Of a DNA stretch of 64,000 bases, positions 26,581 through 45,285 are shown in pieces; positions within the stretch are counted from its first letter, which is position 1; each line of letters starts with the position of its first letter. A program made the translations under genes and the position numbers. The notes under the pieces are model-generated. The model was not told where the DNA came from. It saw only the letters and a program-made list of their open reading frames with translations, and searched no databases. The DNA comes from the human T2T-CHM13v2.0 reference genome, Homo sapiens, in assembly GCF_009914755.1 (NCBI RefSeq), contig NC_060934.1. One strand, 5' to 3'.

Positions 26581-27526
26581 TGTCCGGCTTATGTGCTTGT
26601 AATGCCACTGCCTGCCCAGGGCAGGCACACAGAGATGTGTGTGCTCGATAGGATGTGGAGTTAAAGCATTCACCTCCCACACTCCCCCAGCAAACTTCGC
26701 TGGCTTCTCTGAAAGCCAAAACGCTGCATCAGAAAATGCATCAATACAAATGCCACTGGCAGCCCCGGCAGCTCTCTGCCTGACCTCAACCACACGTAAG
26801 GGTCTTAGCACCAGGTCATGGTTGGGGTGGAAAAGTCACCTTTGAGATGCTCCGGCTCAACCTGTGATCAAGGTCAAAGACAGAACTACAAGCATGAGAG
26901 CTGGAAGGCAGCTTACAGATCATCTAGTGACCCAGTTTGGTGTCTGCCTCGTCCTGGCCAGCATAGTCCATTCATCCTAATTTGGGTGGCGGAGCTGGGT
27001 CATGAACCCCTTTGCCTACCAGACCAGTTGTCTTTCTTGGTGGTGGCATATTGCTCCAAACATCATTGGCTCTTATGTTGTCACTAAATAGCACTAAAGG
27101 CTGTCTGGGACCAGCAATGGGATGTGTCTGCCACAGAGGAACAAATAGTAGGATCTTTCTACGCCTTCCTTTTTGCCCCCACAGGACCCTTTACTGAAGT
27201 GACACCTGGTACCTGTGTGTGCCCAGCACCCTTTCCTCTGCCATCTGGTAAAAACACACTGCTGCTCCTTTGAGAGAACAACCTTCCCCCACTTTATTTG
27301 TGCCTGGTTTGCCTATTTCAGGTCCTTCTGCCCCTTCAACACAGGGCTGGACACATGACACAGACCAGCCAGTCACAATACTCCATCTCAGAGATGCACA
27401 CATGGCCTAACCAGGGCCAAAGACTTCTCTAAGACTTTGGTGTATGCTTCCTAGTGTGAGAGAGGGTCTCTCCTCCTCCAGTGACAGCAATAAAGACTGG
27501 AGAAGCCTGGAACTGCTGAAGTCACC

Positions 27527-27837
<311 letters not shown>

Positions 27838-28124
27838 CTGCTGAAGCCATCTTACCCAACTGCATTAAAAAAATCAACTGCAGGATGAAGCCAACACATT
27901 GAAAAGCCAGGCCAAGAGGACAAAAGAGAATCACAGCCCTGAAATCATCATCTGAGTTCTGAATCCAGCTGTGCATAGTCAAACAGCTCTGAGGCTTCCC
28001 AGCTACGTGAGCCCAGCAATTCTTTTTTAGCTTGGGCTTGTTTGAGAAGTGTTTCTGATGCTTGCAACTAAAAGAGTGCTAATACGATGCTTTATTGCTC
28101 TAATTGGTTAACATAGGTGATCAG

Positions 28125-29258
<1,134 letters not shown>

Positions 29259-30342
29259 ACGTATCTGTCACTCCTACCCTTTGGGCTCCTTGAAGGCAGG
29301 AACTGGTGTCTTATACATTACTATCTCCCCAGTGATGAGCACAGCTGCTGGCCATGAAAGGAAAGAAGGAGGGAGGGAAGAGAGGGGACAGAGGGAACAG
29401 GGGGACTCCCAGTTCTCTGGCACCTTTCTACCAGGTTAGACGTTCTGATTTCAATGAAGGAGGGACCCACCCATACACTGACGGTGAAACTCTGTTGCTG
29501 GTATGTATTATTTACTTTGGAGATTCTGCTTAGGGGCTACGCTAATACTGGGGGGCTGATTTCTAAGAACGTATCCCATATGCCATTGTCCAGACTGTGG
29601 CACCAAAGCTCTCAAATGCCCACTCACCAGCCTGCAACTTGAGTGAGGCCATAAAGCCATCTTTGTCCATTTCTGCCCCCGTGATAGGCAGGCAGGATTA
29701 GGCCGGTGAATACCTGAGCACACAGTACCACGGCAAACCTGCCACAAAAGCCTGCTAATCACACCCAGCTGACACTTGCCATTCACCAACGCAAGGCATT
29801 TTAAAGTGTCTCATTAAAATAGGGAAAAGGATTAAGAGGCCCCTTTCTTGATTAATGACTTTCTCTGCCTGAGAAATATAATCCTATCTATAACCCCAAA
29901 TAAATAGAAGCAAAATTAGATTTCTACCATGAGATCATTCAGGGCACGTGTTGCACTGTGCCCCTAAATCTTATTTTCTTTACATATTTTATCCAGCTTA
30001 AGGGCATAAGATATTCTGAGCCCCAAAACCAGAACTGTTTTGCAATAGGTAGCAGCAGTGACAGAAGGGGATTTCCCTGGCTTTTCTAAGGCACTAATGA
30101 GTTTATATGTTGAAAAGAACAACCAATCTCCCTTAGGGAAAGACACATATGGCTGCATATGGAACATCTAGAGCACTCATCTCCTCAGATCCTTTTAGGG
30201 AAACAGGCAGCCATCAGTAAATCAAAAATAAAAGCTTCCTCTATTGACTCATTGATTTCCTTCTCTGAATCTGCTATTGTGTGAAAATTCAGAGGGTCAT
30301 GAACTATTCAAACTGGAAGGAACTTTTAAGACCCTTAGTCAC

Positions 30343-30647
30343 CCAGGCACGGTGGCACGCCCCTGCAATCTCAACACTTGGGAGGCCGAGATGGTCAGAT
30401 TGCTTGAGCTCAGGAGTTTGAGAGCAGGCTGGGCAACATGGTGAAACTCTGTTTCTACAAAAATACAAAAAAAAAAAAAAACAATTAGGCAGGGGTGGGG
30501 GTGTATACCTACAGTCCCAGCTACTCAGGGGGCTGGGGTGGGAGGATCACTTGCGCCCAGGAGGTCAAGGCTGCAGTGAGCAGTGATTGTGCCACTGCAT
30601 TCACAGAGTGAGGACCTGGTCTCAAAAAAAAAAAAAAAAAAAAAAAA
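30343..30647 (+). mobile_element. Alu (AluJ-like) inside a MIR
   Basis: Dimer with polyA; cttagtca on both flanks. Confidence 0.88.
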
Positions 30648-30735
30648 TCTTAGTCAAACCCCATAACCCGACAGATGAAGAAAGTGATGCCCAGATAGAG
30701 GAGGGGACTTACTCAGAATTACCCGCTGTTCATGA

Positions 30736-31258
<523 letters not shown>

Positions 31259-31324
31259 CTACCACACTCTTTGCACAGAGAGGTGCTTTCACAAGGTTTT
31301 GACTTGTGGGAACGAATTACATGA

Positions 31325-31747
<423 letters not shown>

Positions 31748-31773
31748 TAAATTATGTTTGTCTATAGAAGAAC

Positions 31774-32183
31774 CGATATGGTTTGCATCTGTATCCCCAC
31801 CAAATCTCATGTTGAAATGTAATCGCCAGTGTTGGAGGTGGGGCCTGGTAGAAGGTGTTTGGATCACGGGAGCAAATCCCTCGCGAATGGCTTAGCGCCA
31901 TCTCCTTGATGATGAGTGAGTTCATGCAAGATCTGGTTGTTTAAAAGTGTGTGATGCTCCCACACACTCTCTCTCATTCCTGCTCTGGCCATGGGATGTA
32001 CCTGCTTCCCCTTTGCCTTCTGCCATGATTGGAAGCTCCCTGAGGCCTCCCCAGAAGCCAAGCAGGTGCCAGGGCCGTACTTCCTATACAGCCTGCAGAA
32101 CCATAGCCAATTAAACCTCTTTTCTTGTTCAATTACCCAGCCTCTGGTATTTCTTTATAGCAATGCGAGAATGGCCTAAGATG
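31774..32183 (+). mobile_element. MST (B-like) MaLR solo LTR
   Basis: cgatatggtttgcatctgtatccccaccaaatctcatg...tttatagcaatgcgagaatggcctaa; 5-bp TSD agaac. Confidence 0.88.
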
Positions 32184-33689
32184 AGAACTCTAATCAGTAA
32201 TAAGGAAACATGAATGATGTAAAATAAATATCAGGATTCAGCTATTTCTCTAATCCAGACTGCTCCATGCACAAGAAGTTCAGATTAGACATGTTTGATC
32301 ATATACAGGGGTATTGTGTGAAATGGATACCTAGGGATTTAATACTATTTATACAAGGAAGTAGAAATGTGCTACTTTCAATTTGTGTTAGAATTTGATG
32401 GATCATACAATCATGTTTATTTCAATACGATTTTCAGAAGCAAGCATAAAATGTTTAGAATGACACCTGAGTTTAAGAGAGGTAAGTGGGCTTTAATGAC
32501 CTACAATTGGGAGTGAAGTCCAGAGAGGCACCAATTCAAAACCGAGTTACCCACATGAGCAGCCATTCCCTGGATACAGGAAGGAGTGGTTCCCACTGGG
32601 TAGAACACAATTGTTTGTATGACATGCAAGCTTCTCAGTCTTCCTTCTTCTGTTATTTACCTCCACACCTGGGACTTGTGACCCATTATAGTATTTAGTT
32701 CTCTTAAAAACTGGGTAGGGTTGGTCCAAAGGAAGCCATGATGCCCAGGCAGGACCAATAAGTCCCCCCACCCAACCCCTAGACTTACTGATTTGGAGCT
32801 GAAGAACCTGGTGCTAGAAGAACACTGGCGAGTCTGTCCATGGCCACCTGCCCTGAAACATGGAGAAAAGGGCCTGTTTCAGCTGGAGAGAATGTGCCAA
32901 CCAGAGACAAGATGGCACATGGTATATTTTGTGTGCACCTAATACATACAAGGCTCTCTGAGGTGCCCTGATTCCAGGGCACTTTCACGGAGATTATGGG
33001 CTACGAAGGAGTCAGCAGTCCACAGCTCATTTCAAGGAAGAAAATGATGGGTACAATGATTAGAGGAGAAAACAAACCCACCACAGGGGCCCAGAAGAGA
33101 AAAAACATTCAACTGGAAGATGGACAAAGGCTTTATGAAGGAAGGAACTCAAAAACCTTGGGCATAATTTCTGAGTACAGTAGAAGTCACAGAAGATGTA
33201 TGAGGTGTGCTGTGATCAAAACTGTGCTTTACAGAAATACCTACGATGGCATCATGTGTAGAATAGTGGGCCTAGAAAGAACAAGGCTATTACGAGCCAG
33301 TGATGAGGAAAATTTGGTCTAGGATCGTGCAGGGAAAGAAGGCGATGGAGGAATACTCTGGAATGAAGGTTATAGAAGAGCTTGAAGGGGAGAAACACCT
33401 ACAGTAGCACTCTGGGTAGCAAGACAGAGCAAATGTGTACATGAAGATGGCAGAGCTGTGCTCCTTGTCCTTTGGCTAACGGGTGGGAGCGTGAAGAAGA
33501 AATGCATTGTGTGCATATTGCATAGCATCGATCAAAGAGAAATCTATTGCATTGGAGGATAAATGCTAATCAAGATTAGTGAGTAAAAAGGATGCATGAA
33601 GTCACAGATTCAGAGAGAACGTGGAGGTAATAAAAACATTGTGGAAAAGTGGATAAGGAGAGAAAGATGGCAAAATGTTCTGATTTTTG

Positions 33690-35212
<1,523 letters not shown>

Positions 35213-35285
35213 GGGCGAGTCAGTTCCAATTACTTGACAGCTCAGGAGGCTGAGGCAGGAGGATCACTTGAGCTCAGGAGGATGA

Positions 35286-35673
<388 letters not shown>

Positions 35674-36349
35674 CAAGCTTGTGTTTGTTTAAAAAACAAA
35701 AAAGTTTGACTGAGACTTAACTGCCCTAGGTACCTCTTCCTATGTTCATGTTTTAATGGGCGGAAAAAAAGCTCATGAAAATGTAAAGAACTGGTCACAG
35801 GGACCTGGCTGGCCCCACCCAGAAGGTGGGGGTTGGGTGAGTTGCCGGGAAGGAACTTGGAAGGGGCTGTGAAGGACAGAGAGGGCTAGAATTGGGCTGT
35901 GTGGAGCCTGTGTTCTCTAAGACTTCAGGCCCCACAGACCTGTTGAGTGCCTCACTGATGTGATCAGTGGCCCAGAAGATAGTATCCCAAATGTTTAGGG
36001 GTCCACAGGGTCCACCTCTCCCATCTGATGCCAGCCTGCATGGAAAGGAGCCCTCTAGGGAGAGGGGCAGGTGAAACACCTGCGTTTCTAAACAGGCTTT
36101 TGAAACTCCAGCTGGTCTCCTTTCCACCTCCCACCACCACTCCCAAGACCCTCCCCAGATGACTAGAGTCCAGGCCGGCCAGAGAACAGGGTCCAAGACA
36201 ACCATACCATGTCTCTCTGCCGTGCACAAGAGAAGTCCCTGTCATCTCTGTGCTTTCACAGTGCTTGCAGGAAAGCTGCTCAGAGCACAGCCCTGTGCTG
36301 TCCCATCCAGCCTGGTCACACCCACTGGGCTGCCTGCACCAACAATGAT

Positions 36350-36630
36350 GGTAATAATCAGAGCTGTGACATTATTTATGAATGACAGCGACATGTATTA
36401 ATTTCTTACTCTGAACCAAGCCCTTCCATAGGCATTTTACAGCATTTTCCCATTTGCTCCTCATTACAAATCTCTAGGGGTGCTCTTATTATCTCTACTG
36501 TATAGATGGGAAAACAAGTCTCAGAGGTTAGATGGCTTTTCCCAAGCCGCATGGCTAATGCAAGCTCATATGGGACACCTGATTTAAATGTAGGTTATTA
36601 AGATCCAGGGGGAGATATCTGACCCCAGAA
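36350..36630 (-). mobile_element. MIR
   Basis: tatagatgggaaaacaagtctcagagg core. Confidence 0.65.
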
Positions 36631-37707
36631 GCCATGCCTTGCTCATATTCATTTCAGACAAGATACAGAACAAGGATAACAAAGGGCACATTCAAAAGCC
36701 CACCCAAAGTCAACAGGGTTAAAAACAGCAACTGCCGCTATAGAGGGCAAATGACCTATTTGATACCCACTTAACACTAAATCAGTGCTGCATTCAGCCC
36801 TCTATTTTGGGCTCTAGTACGGGTTTTGTACTTCCGCCACAACTGTCTATACCCTACCCATCACTGAAAATCAGGATTTTTCACATCCCAGGACACAGGA
36901 TTTTCAGTACTACAATGGGACAGTCCCAGGCAAACCTGGATGATTGGTCACTATAAGTTTTTCAACCTCATCCTGGACATAGCTGAAAGGCCAGACACGG
37001 CGGTGGCCAGATTAAATCAAGCACACTCCATGGTCTCATTTCCAAGCAGTCACTGAAAGGGTGACACAGAGCCTAGTTCAGCAAGCCCCAGCTTTCTTTC
37101 CTTAACATCCGCTCCTCAGAGTGTTAACAGAATTTCCTCTGGCCTTTTCCTGCAAAGGCCTATGAACTCAATACCCAGCAGATCGTGTGCAGCAGTTCAT
37201 AATTAATTTATGCCGCCTGAAATGTCCCACTAGGTCAGTATCGCTCTTCACCCAGTTAATGAAAGGATTGATCTTAAGAACACCTTTGATCATTAAAAGC
37301 ATGATTAAGACTCCCTCCCTATTATCCTACTCTAGGAATGAGCAATGAGTCTTCCCACAGCAGAATGCCTCTGGTTCTCTCAACAAATGCACTTGCTGCA
37401 ATCATGTGTTTAATTAGTCTCTTTCTTCAGATGAAATAATTGTGTCCCTGCTCTGGATTTCATTCATAAGATCACTTAAAATATGGCAGGCTCTTTATTG
37501 ACTCTCTCATTTATCGTGGGGCCATATGGTGCACTCAGAGCCAAGCAACAGTGTGTTAGACCTGAACTCAGCAGGGACGTGAGGAAAAGCCAACATGCCT
37601 GAACCTGAGTCAGGTAGCCAACTGGCGTTTAACTGACCACTTACTATGTATCACAAACCGGCCAAGGGATACAGAAATGAGCAAGAGGCCAGAGGCTACA
37701 CTTAAGG

Positions 37708-37936
37708 CAGTTTCTCAACCTCAGCACCATTGACCTTCAAGGCAGGATCATTCCTATTTGTGGGGCTGTCCTGTGCATGGCAGGATGTTTAGCAGCATCT
37801 CTAGCCCCTACCCACTAGATGCCAGGAGCACTGTCCCTCACCCTTCTCCCACCCCAAGATGTGACAATTGAACTTATCTGTAGACATTGCCAAATATCCC
37901 AGGGGGACAGAATTACTCTCAGGTTAAAAATCGCTG
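37708..37936. mobile_element. MER20 hAT MITE
   Basis: cagtttctcaacctcagcacc...ggatgtttagcagcatc...ccactagatgccagg...ggttaaaaatcgctg; ttaagg on both flanks. Confidence 0.85.
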
Positions 37937-38435
37937 CGTTAAGGTGTTTGCAATCTGGAAAAGCAACTAAGACCAGTACACAATTTTTGTGTACTTGTGA
38001 TAGAGGACATCATGGGGCAGTAATGAAGGAAATGTGCTGGCTGCAAACTCCTGTGGCGTCAGAGGCCAGTGACGGGAATGCCGGGAAGGCAGTGAGGATG
38101 TGGCTAACTGGAAAGGACAACCCTGTCCCCAGCTCAGTCCAGCCAAGTATTACCAGATACTATGATATACTTAGGGAATTCTGAAATCTGGACTTTTTTG
38201 TGAAATCTCCCAGTTTCTAAATTTCTCAACCAATTGAAAAATATTTTAAACAAAATATAAACTGAAATTAATTAATTAAAAGATTGAGAGCCATATTCAG
38301 CCAGATGCCCCTGCTATATCAAAAACTGGGCAGCCTGGAAGGATTCTGGGCATTACCTCCAGCTTACCTCCAACCCTGGGCATTGAGGCCCATTTCTAGA
38401 AAATGAGTGGTTGTCCATATTTGTTTGCTCTTAAA

Positions 38436-38615
38436 CAGTGGTTCTAGATCCTGGGTGCACATTTGAATCACCTGGAGATATTAAAAAGCTCATCAGTGCA
38501 CTAACCCCCTTCCAGGCCAATTAAGCTGGAAGCACAGGGTTGGGGCCCAGGTGTCTATGTTTGTAAAAATTCTCCCCAGGTGATTTGAACATTCAGTCAG
38601 GCTGGAGAACCACTG
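38436..38615. mobile_element. MER5A hAT MITE
   Basis: TIRs cagtggttct...agaaccactg; gaatcacctgg and ccccaggtgatt motifs. Confidence 0.85.
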
Positions 38616-38840
38616 GTGTAAAAGAAGGAAACCAACAAAGGCCCATCTCCAGGTTGATTAAGGTTCAGGACTCTAACCTCAGGCAACCATCGGGTCTGGG
38701 AGAAACTTAACCTGGGCCTCAGGGTCTCTATCTGTTAAATGGAGATAAAAACACTACCTCCTTTACTGAATTGGTGTTTAAAAAAAAAAAAAAAAAGTTT
38801 GGTTTTTTTTTTTTCCTCTCAAAATGGGGCCCAGGCTTTA

Positions 38841-38871
<31 letters not shown>

Positions 38872-39879
38872 CCGGATGTTACTAATGAGCAGCCAGGATT
38901 GAGAAACAGTAAGTAGGTTCCTGTTGGCTCTAACACGCTGGGAATTTCCTTAAGTGGGAAGAGGAAATGAGTATTGAACACCCACTAAGGCTGGGGCCTA
39001 GATGCCCCATTGGGATTCCTCAAAAAGAATTGGAGAGAAACAGCCAGATGCTGACATTACACAACATAAACTCCAAGAAGACACACACCCTAAAACCCCC
39101 TACACACACAATAATTAGCTGCCAGGATTAAGAAGTACGTTGAACATCATTCTAAAAGACACGGCTTGTGAAGGCTACCTCTGCTAACATGGTCTTCCAC
39201 TAAGAAAATTCAAAGAGCCCTAATGTCCAAGCACTGAGCATCTTGAGGCATCTGATCCAGTGTCATCCTGGTAATATTTCCATTATTCACCTGAACTTCT
39301 GTTAATGAGGTGGCTAACTATAAGGGTTCCATTTGGGACACACACATTTATCATTTGATTAGGAAAGATTACCTATTTTTAGATAAAACATATATCTCCT
39401 AACAGGGATGGACAGTTATAAATAACTTGGAAAACTCTAGCCGACGCCCAAAACATCATGACTTAGGTTGAAAGAAAAAGCCTTTCTGATAACTGTCCTT
39501 TTGTGTTCCCCAGCACATTTTTCATGTTTACTTGCTGTCACCCCAGGTAAGTGATCGCCTTGGCTATATCCCATTTCCTCACTAGCTAAGGTGGGAAGAA
39601 GAATTGTCACAATCAAATAGGCAAGATCAAGGTGCAAGGGAGGAAAGGCAGAGGTTTGAGCCCTTTGCCCTGCAATCAGTTAATTAGCCCACCTCCAATT
39701 TATGTCTGACAGTTATTGGGGGAGCCACAGAAATGGCTTCAAGTTAGACTTTTACTCAAGCTGTCAGGTGGAAGAAGGGCTCAAAAGCCCAACGAAGGAA
39801 GTCAAACCTTTCCTTCCACATTGAAGTGGATGCCTGGCCCTTTCATGAGGTCCCTTCCTTCCCTGGCCCGTGAAGCAAC

Positions 39880-40009
39880 TCAGGGGGATTCTAACATGAA
39901 AAGAATAGACATTTCTAATGACCATAGCTGAAAACTTTTTAGCAAAAAAAAAAAAAAAGTAGTACTGGATTAGAACCCAAAGTATGAATAAATGTCCATG
40001 AGTCCAGAC
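39880..40009 (+). mobile_element. Old L1 (L1MC/L1MD-type) 3'UTR, left piece
   Basis: gtagtactggattagaacccaaagtatgaataaatgtccatgagtcc; continues at 51776. Confidence 0.6.
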
Positions 40010-40862
40010 GAGACTTCCACACTGGGGAAGATGAAGTAGACATAATTTTCCCAACTTCTTCCACTAAATACAACTAAAAATCCTAAACATTATGTATAAA
40101 GCACATATAAGAAGAATTTGAAAAGTGAAGAGAGGAAGGAAGACTAGCTAGGGACCCCAGGATCCAAGAAACTACACAGTGGTGAGTTTCTTGGGTTTTC
40201 TTTTTGCCTCATACATTCCATCCTTGAAGTGGAAGCAGCCAGCAACACAGAAGTGCTAACAAATGCAAACAAACAAAAAGTCCCAACAAAAGCCCACTCT
40301 CTCTAGCCAAAGGCCATGAAAGAACCCATCCAGCAAGACAAAAAACTTGTAGCCAATAGCCACACTACTCCATACCATAGTAAAAATGGTGGTCCCACCC
40401 CTATAATGTCAGCAAAGGCCAACCGGGGAACCTGAATTTCCACTTTCATTAGGCTGCAGTGAGGTGTCCCATTACCCCAGCCCAAGTGGTACCACAGGAG
40501 GCCAACTAGGGAGCCAAGACTTTTATCCATCCCTACCAGGTGGTAATGAGCCCTCACCTCTGCCCACCAGTGACGACCAGATGGAGTACTAGATCTCCCA
40601 TCCATCAGTAATAAGGAACCCTCCACCTCAGATGTCAACAGATGCTAAGTGGAAAACCTGGATTTCCACTCCCATCTGTCAGTAAGAAGGCAGTGCTGCA
40701 ATTTCCCCTATTGAAGCAGCATCAGAGAAATCCAGCTAAAACAAAAAGTTTAAATAAGGTATAGAATCTCATAATAGTGCAAAAATGTCCAGTTTTCAGT
40801 CAAAAATTACTCAACATGCCAAGAACCATAAAGAGCTCAAACTAAATTTAAAAGACAGTTGG

Positions 40863-41472
<610 letters not shown>

Positions 41473-41607
41473 GAGTCAAAAGATGCCAACACCAAGATGA
41501 CAGAGATATTAGAATTATGTTTAAAATTTGTTAAAGTAGCCATGATAAAAATGCATAAGCAAGAAACTACAAATCTGTTTGAAGCAAGTAAAAAACTAGC
41601 AAGTCTC

Positions 41608-41726
41608 TGATGGTGATAATCATTTCACAATGTATACATACATCAAAACATCACATTATATAAAAATATATAATTTTTATTTGTTAATTATACCTCAGTA
41701 AAGCTGGGGGGAAAAAAGGAGAAACA
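41608..41726 (+). mobile_element. Very short 3'-end L1 (L1MA/MB-type) insertion
   Basis: catttcacaatgtatacatacatcaaaacatcac...aattatacctcagtaaagctgggg; aagtctc on both sides. Confidence 0.7.
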
Positions 41727-43338
41727 AAGTCTCAGCAAATAACCAGAATATATAAAGGAGAGCCAAACAAAAACCTTAGAACTAAAAAAATACAATAACT
41801 GAAATTAAAAGCTCAATGGTTGGGATCAATAGCAGAATGGAGCAAATAGAGGAAAGAATCTGTGAACTGGATAATAGAACAATAGAAAATACCCAACTTT
41901 AACAATGAAAATATAATTTTTTAAAAGAAGGAACAGAGCCTCAGGGACTTGTGGTACTATAAATAAAAGATCTAACATTTATGTCATCAGAGTCCCTGAG
42001 GAGAAGAGAAAGATAAGGAGCTGAAAAAGTACTCAAAGAAATAATAGATGAAAGCTTTCCAAATTTAGCAAGAGGCATAAACCTATAGATCTAAGAAGCT
42101 GAGTGAACTCCAAACAGAATAAGCCCAAAGAAATCCACATGAAGACATATCATAATTAAACTTCTTAAAACTACAGACAAAGAAAAAAATCTTGAAAGCA
42201 GCCAGAGATAAATGGCATCTTACCTTTAGGGAGGAAACAATTAGAATGAGAGTCGGTTTCTCATCAGAAACCACAGAGACCAGAAGGAAGTGGCATAATA
42301 CTTTTCAAGTGGTGAAAGAGAAAATTGTTAACCCAGAATCTCATACCCAGCAAAAATATTCTTCCAGAATAAAGGGGAAATCAAGACATTCTCAGATAAA
42401 GGAATACTAAGATAATTTGTCCCCAGCAGACCTATACTAAATGAATGGTTAAAGAACATTAACCATTCTTGAAAAAAAAAAAAGAAAAAGTAAACAAGAA
42501 AAGTAGAAGCCTTAGAGCATTGGGAAGGAGGGAAGGAAATGATAAGCAAAAACATGAGAAATACAATAGATTTCCCTTCTACTCTTGAGTTATCTAAATT
42601 CCTTTTGAAGATTAAAGCAAAAGTTATAACCATATCTGATGTGTTTCTAAATGTATGTGGAAGAAAAATTTAAGGCAAATGTATGATAAATGAGAAAGGG
42701 TAAAAAACAAACATAGAGGGAAGTGAGGTTTTCTTACCTCAAACTGATAAAGGAACAATACCAATAGACTATGATAAGTTATGTTTATGTAATGTAATAC
42801 CTACAGCAACAACTAAAAATGCTAAACAAAGACATACACTCAATACTATAGATAAGTAAATATCTATATTGGAATTCTAAAGAATGTTCAAGTAACTCAC
42901 AGGAAGGCTGAAACAAGAAAACAGAGAAACAAACAAGAAAATAACCCCAGAAAATTAAAAAATAAAATAACAGTCTTAGCCATAACATATAAGTAAGTAC
43001 ATTAAATATAAATGATCTAAATATACCAATTAAAAGACAGAGATTGGCAAGGTAAATTAAAAACATTATCCAACAATGTGCTGTCTACATAAAACTCACT
43101 TCAAATATAACAATATAGGCAGGTTAAAAGAAAAGGATGGAAAAAATATATCATGAAAACATTAGTCAAAAGAAAGTAAGGGTAACTATATTACTATGAG
43201 ATAAAGTAGACTTCGGATCCAACAAAATTAGCAGGGACAGAAAGGAATATTATATGATGAACAAGAAGACATAGCAATCCTAACTTGCATGCACCAAACA
43301 ACAGACTGCAAAATATGTGAAGCAAAAACTGATAAACT

Positions 43339-43461
43339 AGGCTGGGCATGATGGCTCATGCCTGTAATCCCAGGACTTTAGGAGGCCAAGGCAGGCAGAT
43401 CACTTGAGCCCAGGAGTTTGAGGCCAGCCTGGGCAACACAGCAGAACCCTATCTCAAAAAA
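43339..43461 (+). mobile_element. Alu monomer (FLAM-like)
   Basis: Single left arm; ctgataaac on both flanks. Confidence 0.8.
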
Positions 43462-43520
43462 CTTTTTGTTAGTTTTAAAAACCTGATAAACCGGAAGGAG
43501 AAATAGGCAAATCCACAATT

Positions 43521-44726
<1,206 letters not shown>

Positions 44727-45153
44727 TTAATCACAGACTTTAACACCCCTCTCTCAACAACTGATAAAACAACTAAATAGAAAATCAGCAAGGTTATAGA
44801 TTAACTCAACAACAGGATCTAATTGACATTTATAGAAGCCTCCACATAACATAGCAGAATATATATTCTTTTCAAATACCCACAGAACATATACCAAAGT
44901 AGACCATATTTTAAGCCATAAAACAAACCTCAACAAATTTAAAAGAATTGAAATCATCCAGGGTATGTTCTCCAACCACAATAGAACCAAACTAGAAATC
45001 GGTAGCAAAAAAAGATTACAACAAAATATCTAAACAATTGAAAACTAAACAATATGCTTCTAAATAACTCACGGGTTGAAGAGGAAGCCTCAAGAAAAAT
45101 AAACAAATAGATTGAATGTAATGAAAATGAAGATACAGCATATCAAAATTTGT

Positions 45154-45285
45154 GGCCAGGCATGGTGACTCACACCTGTAATCTCAGCACTTTGGGAGGC
45201 CAAGGTGGAAGGATCACTTGAGCCCAGGACTTTGAGACCAGCCTGGGCGACACAGTAAGACCCCATCTCAAAAAAAATAAAAAAT
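45154..45285 (+). mobile_element. Alu monomer (FLAM-like)
   Basis: Single arm with A tail; aaatttgt-like flanks. Confidence 0.8.
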
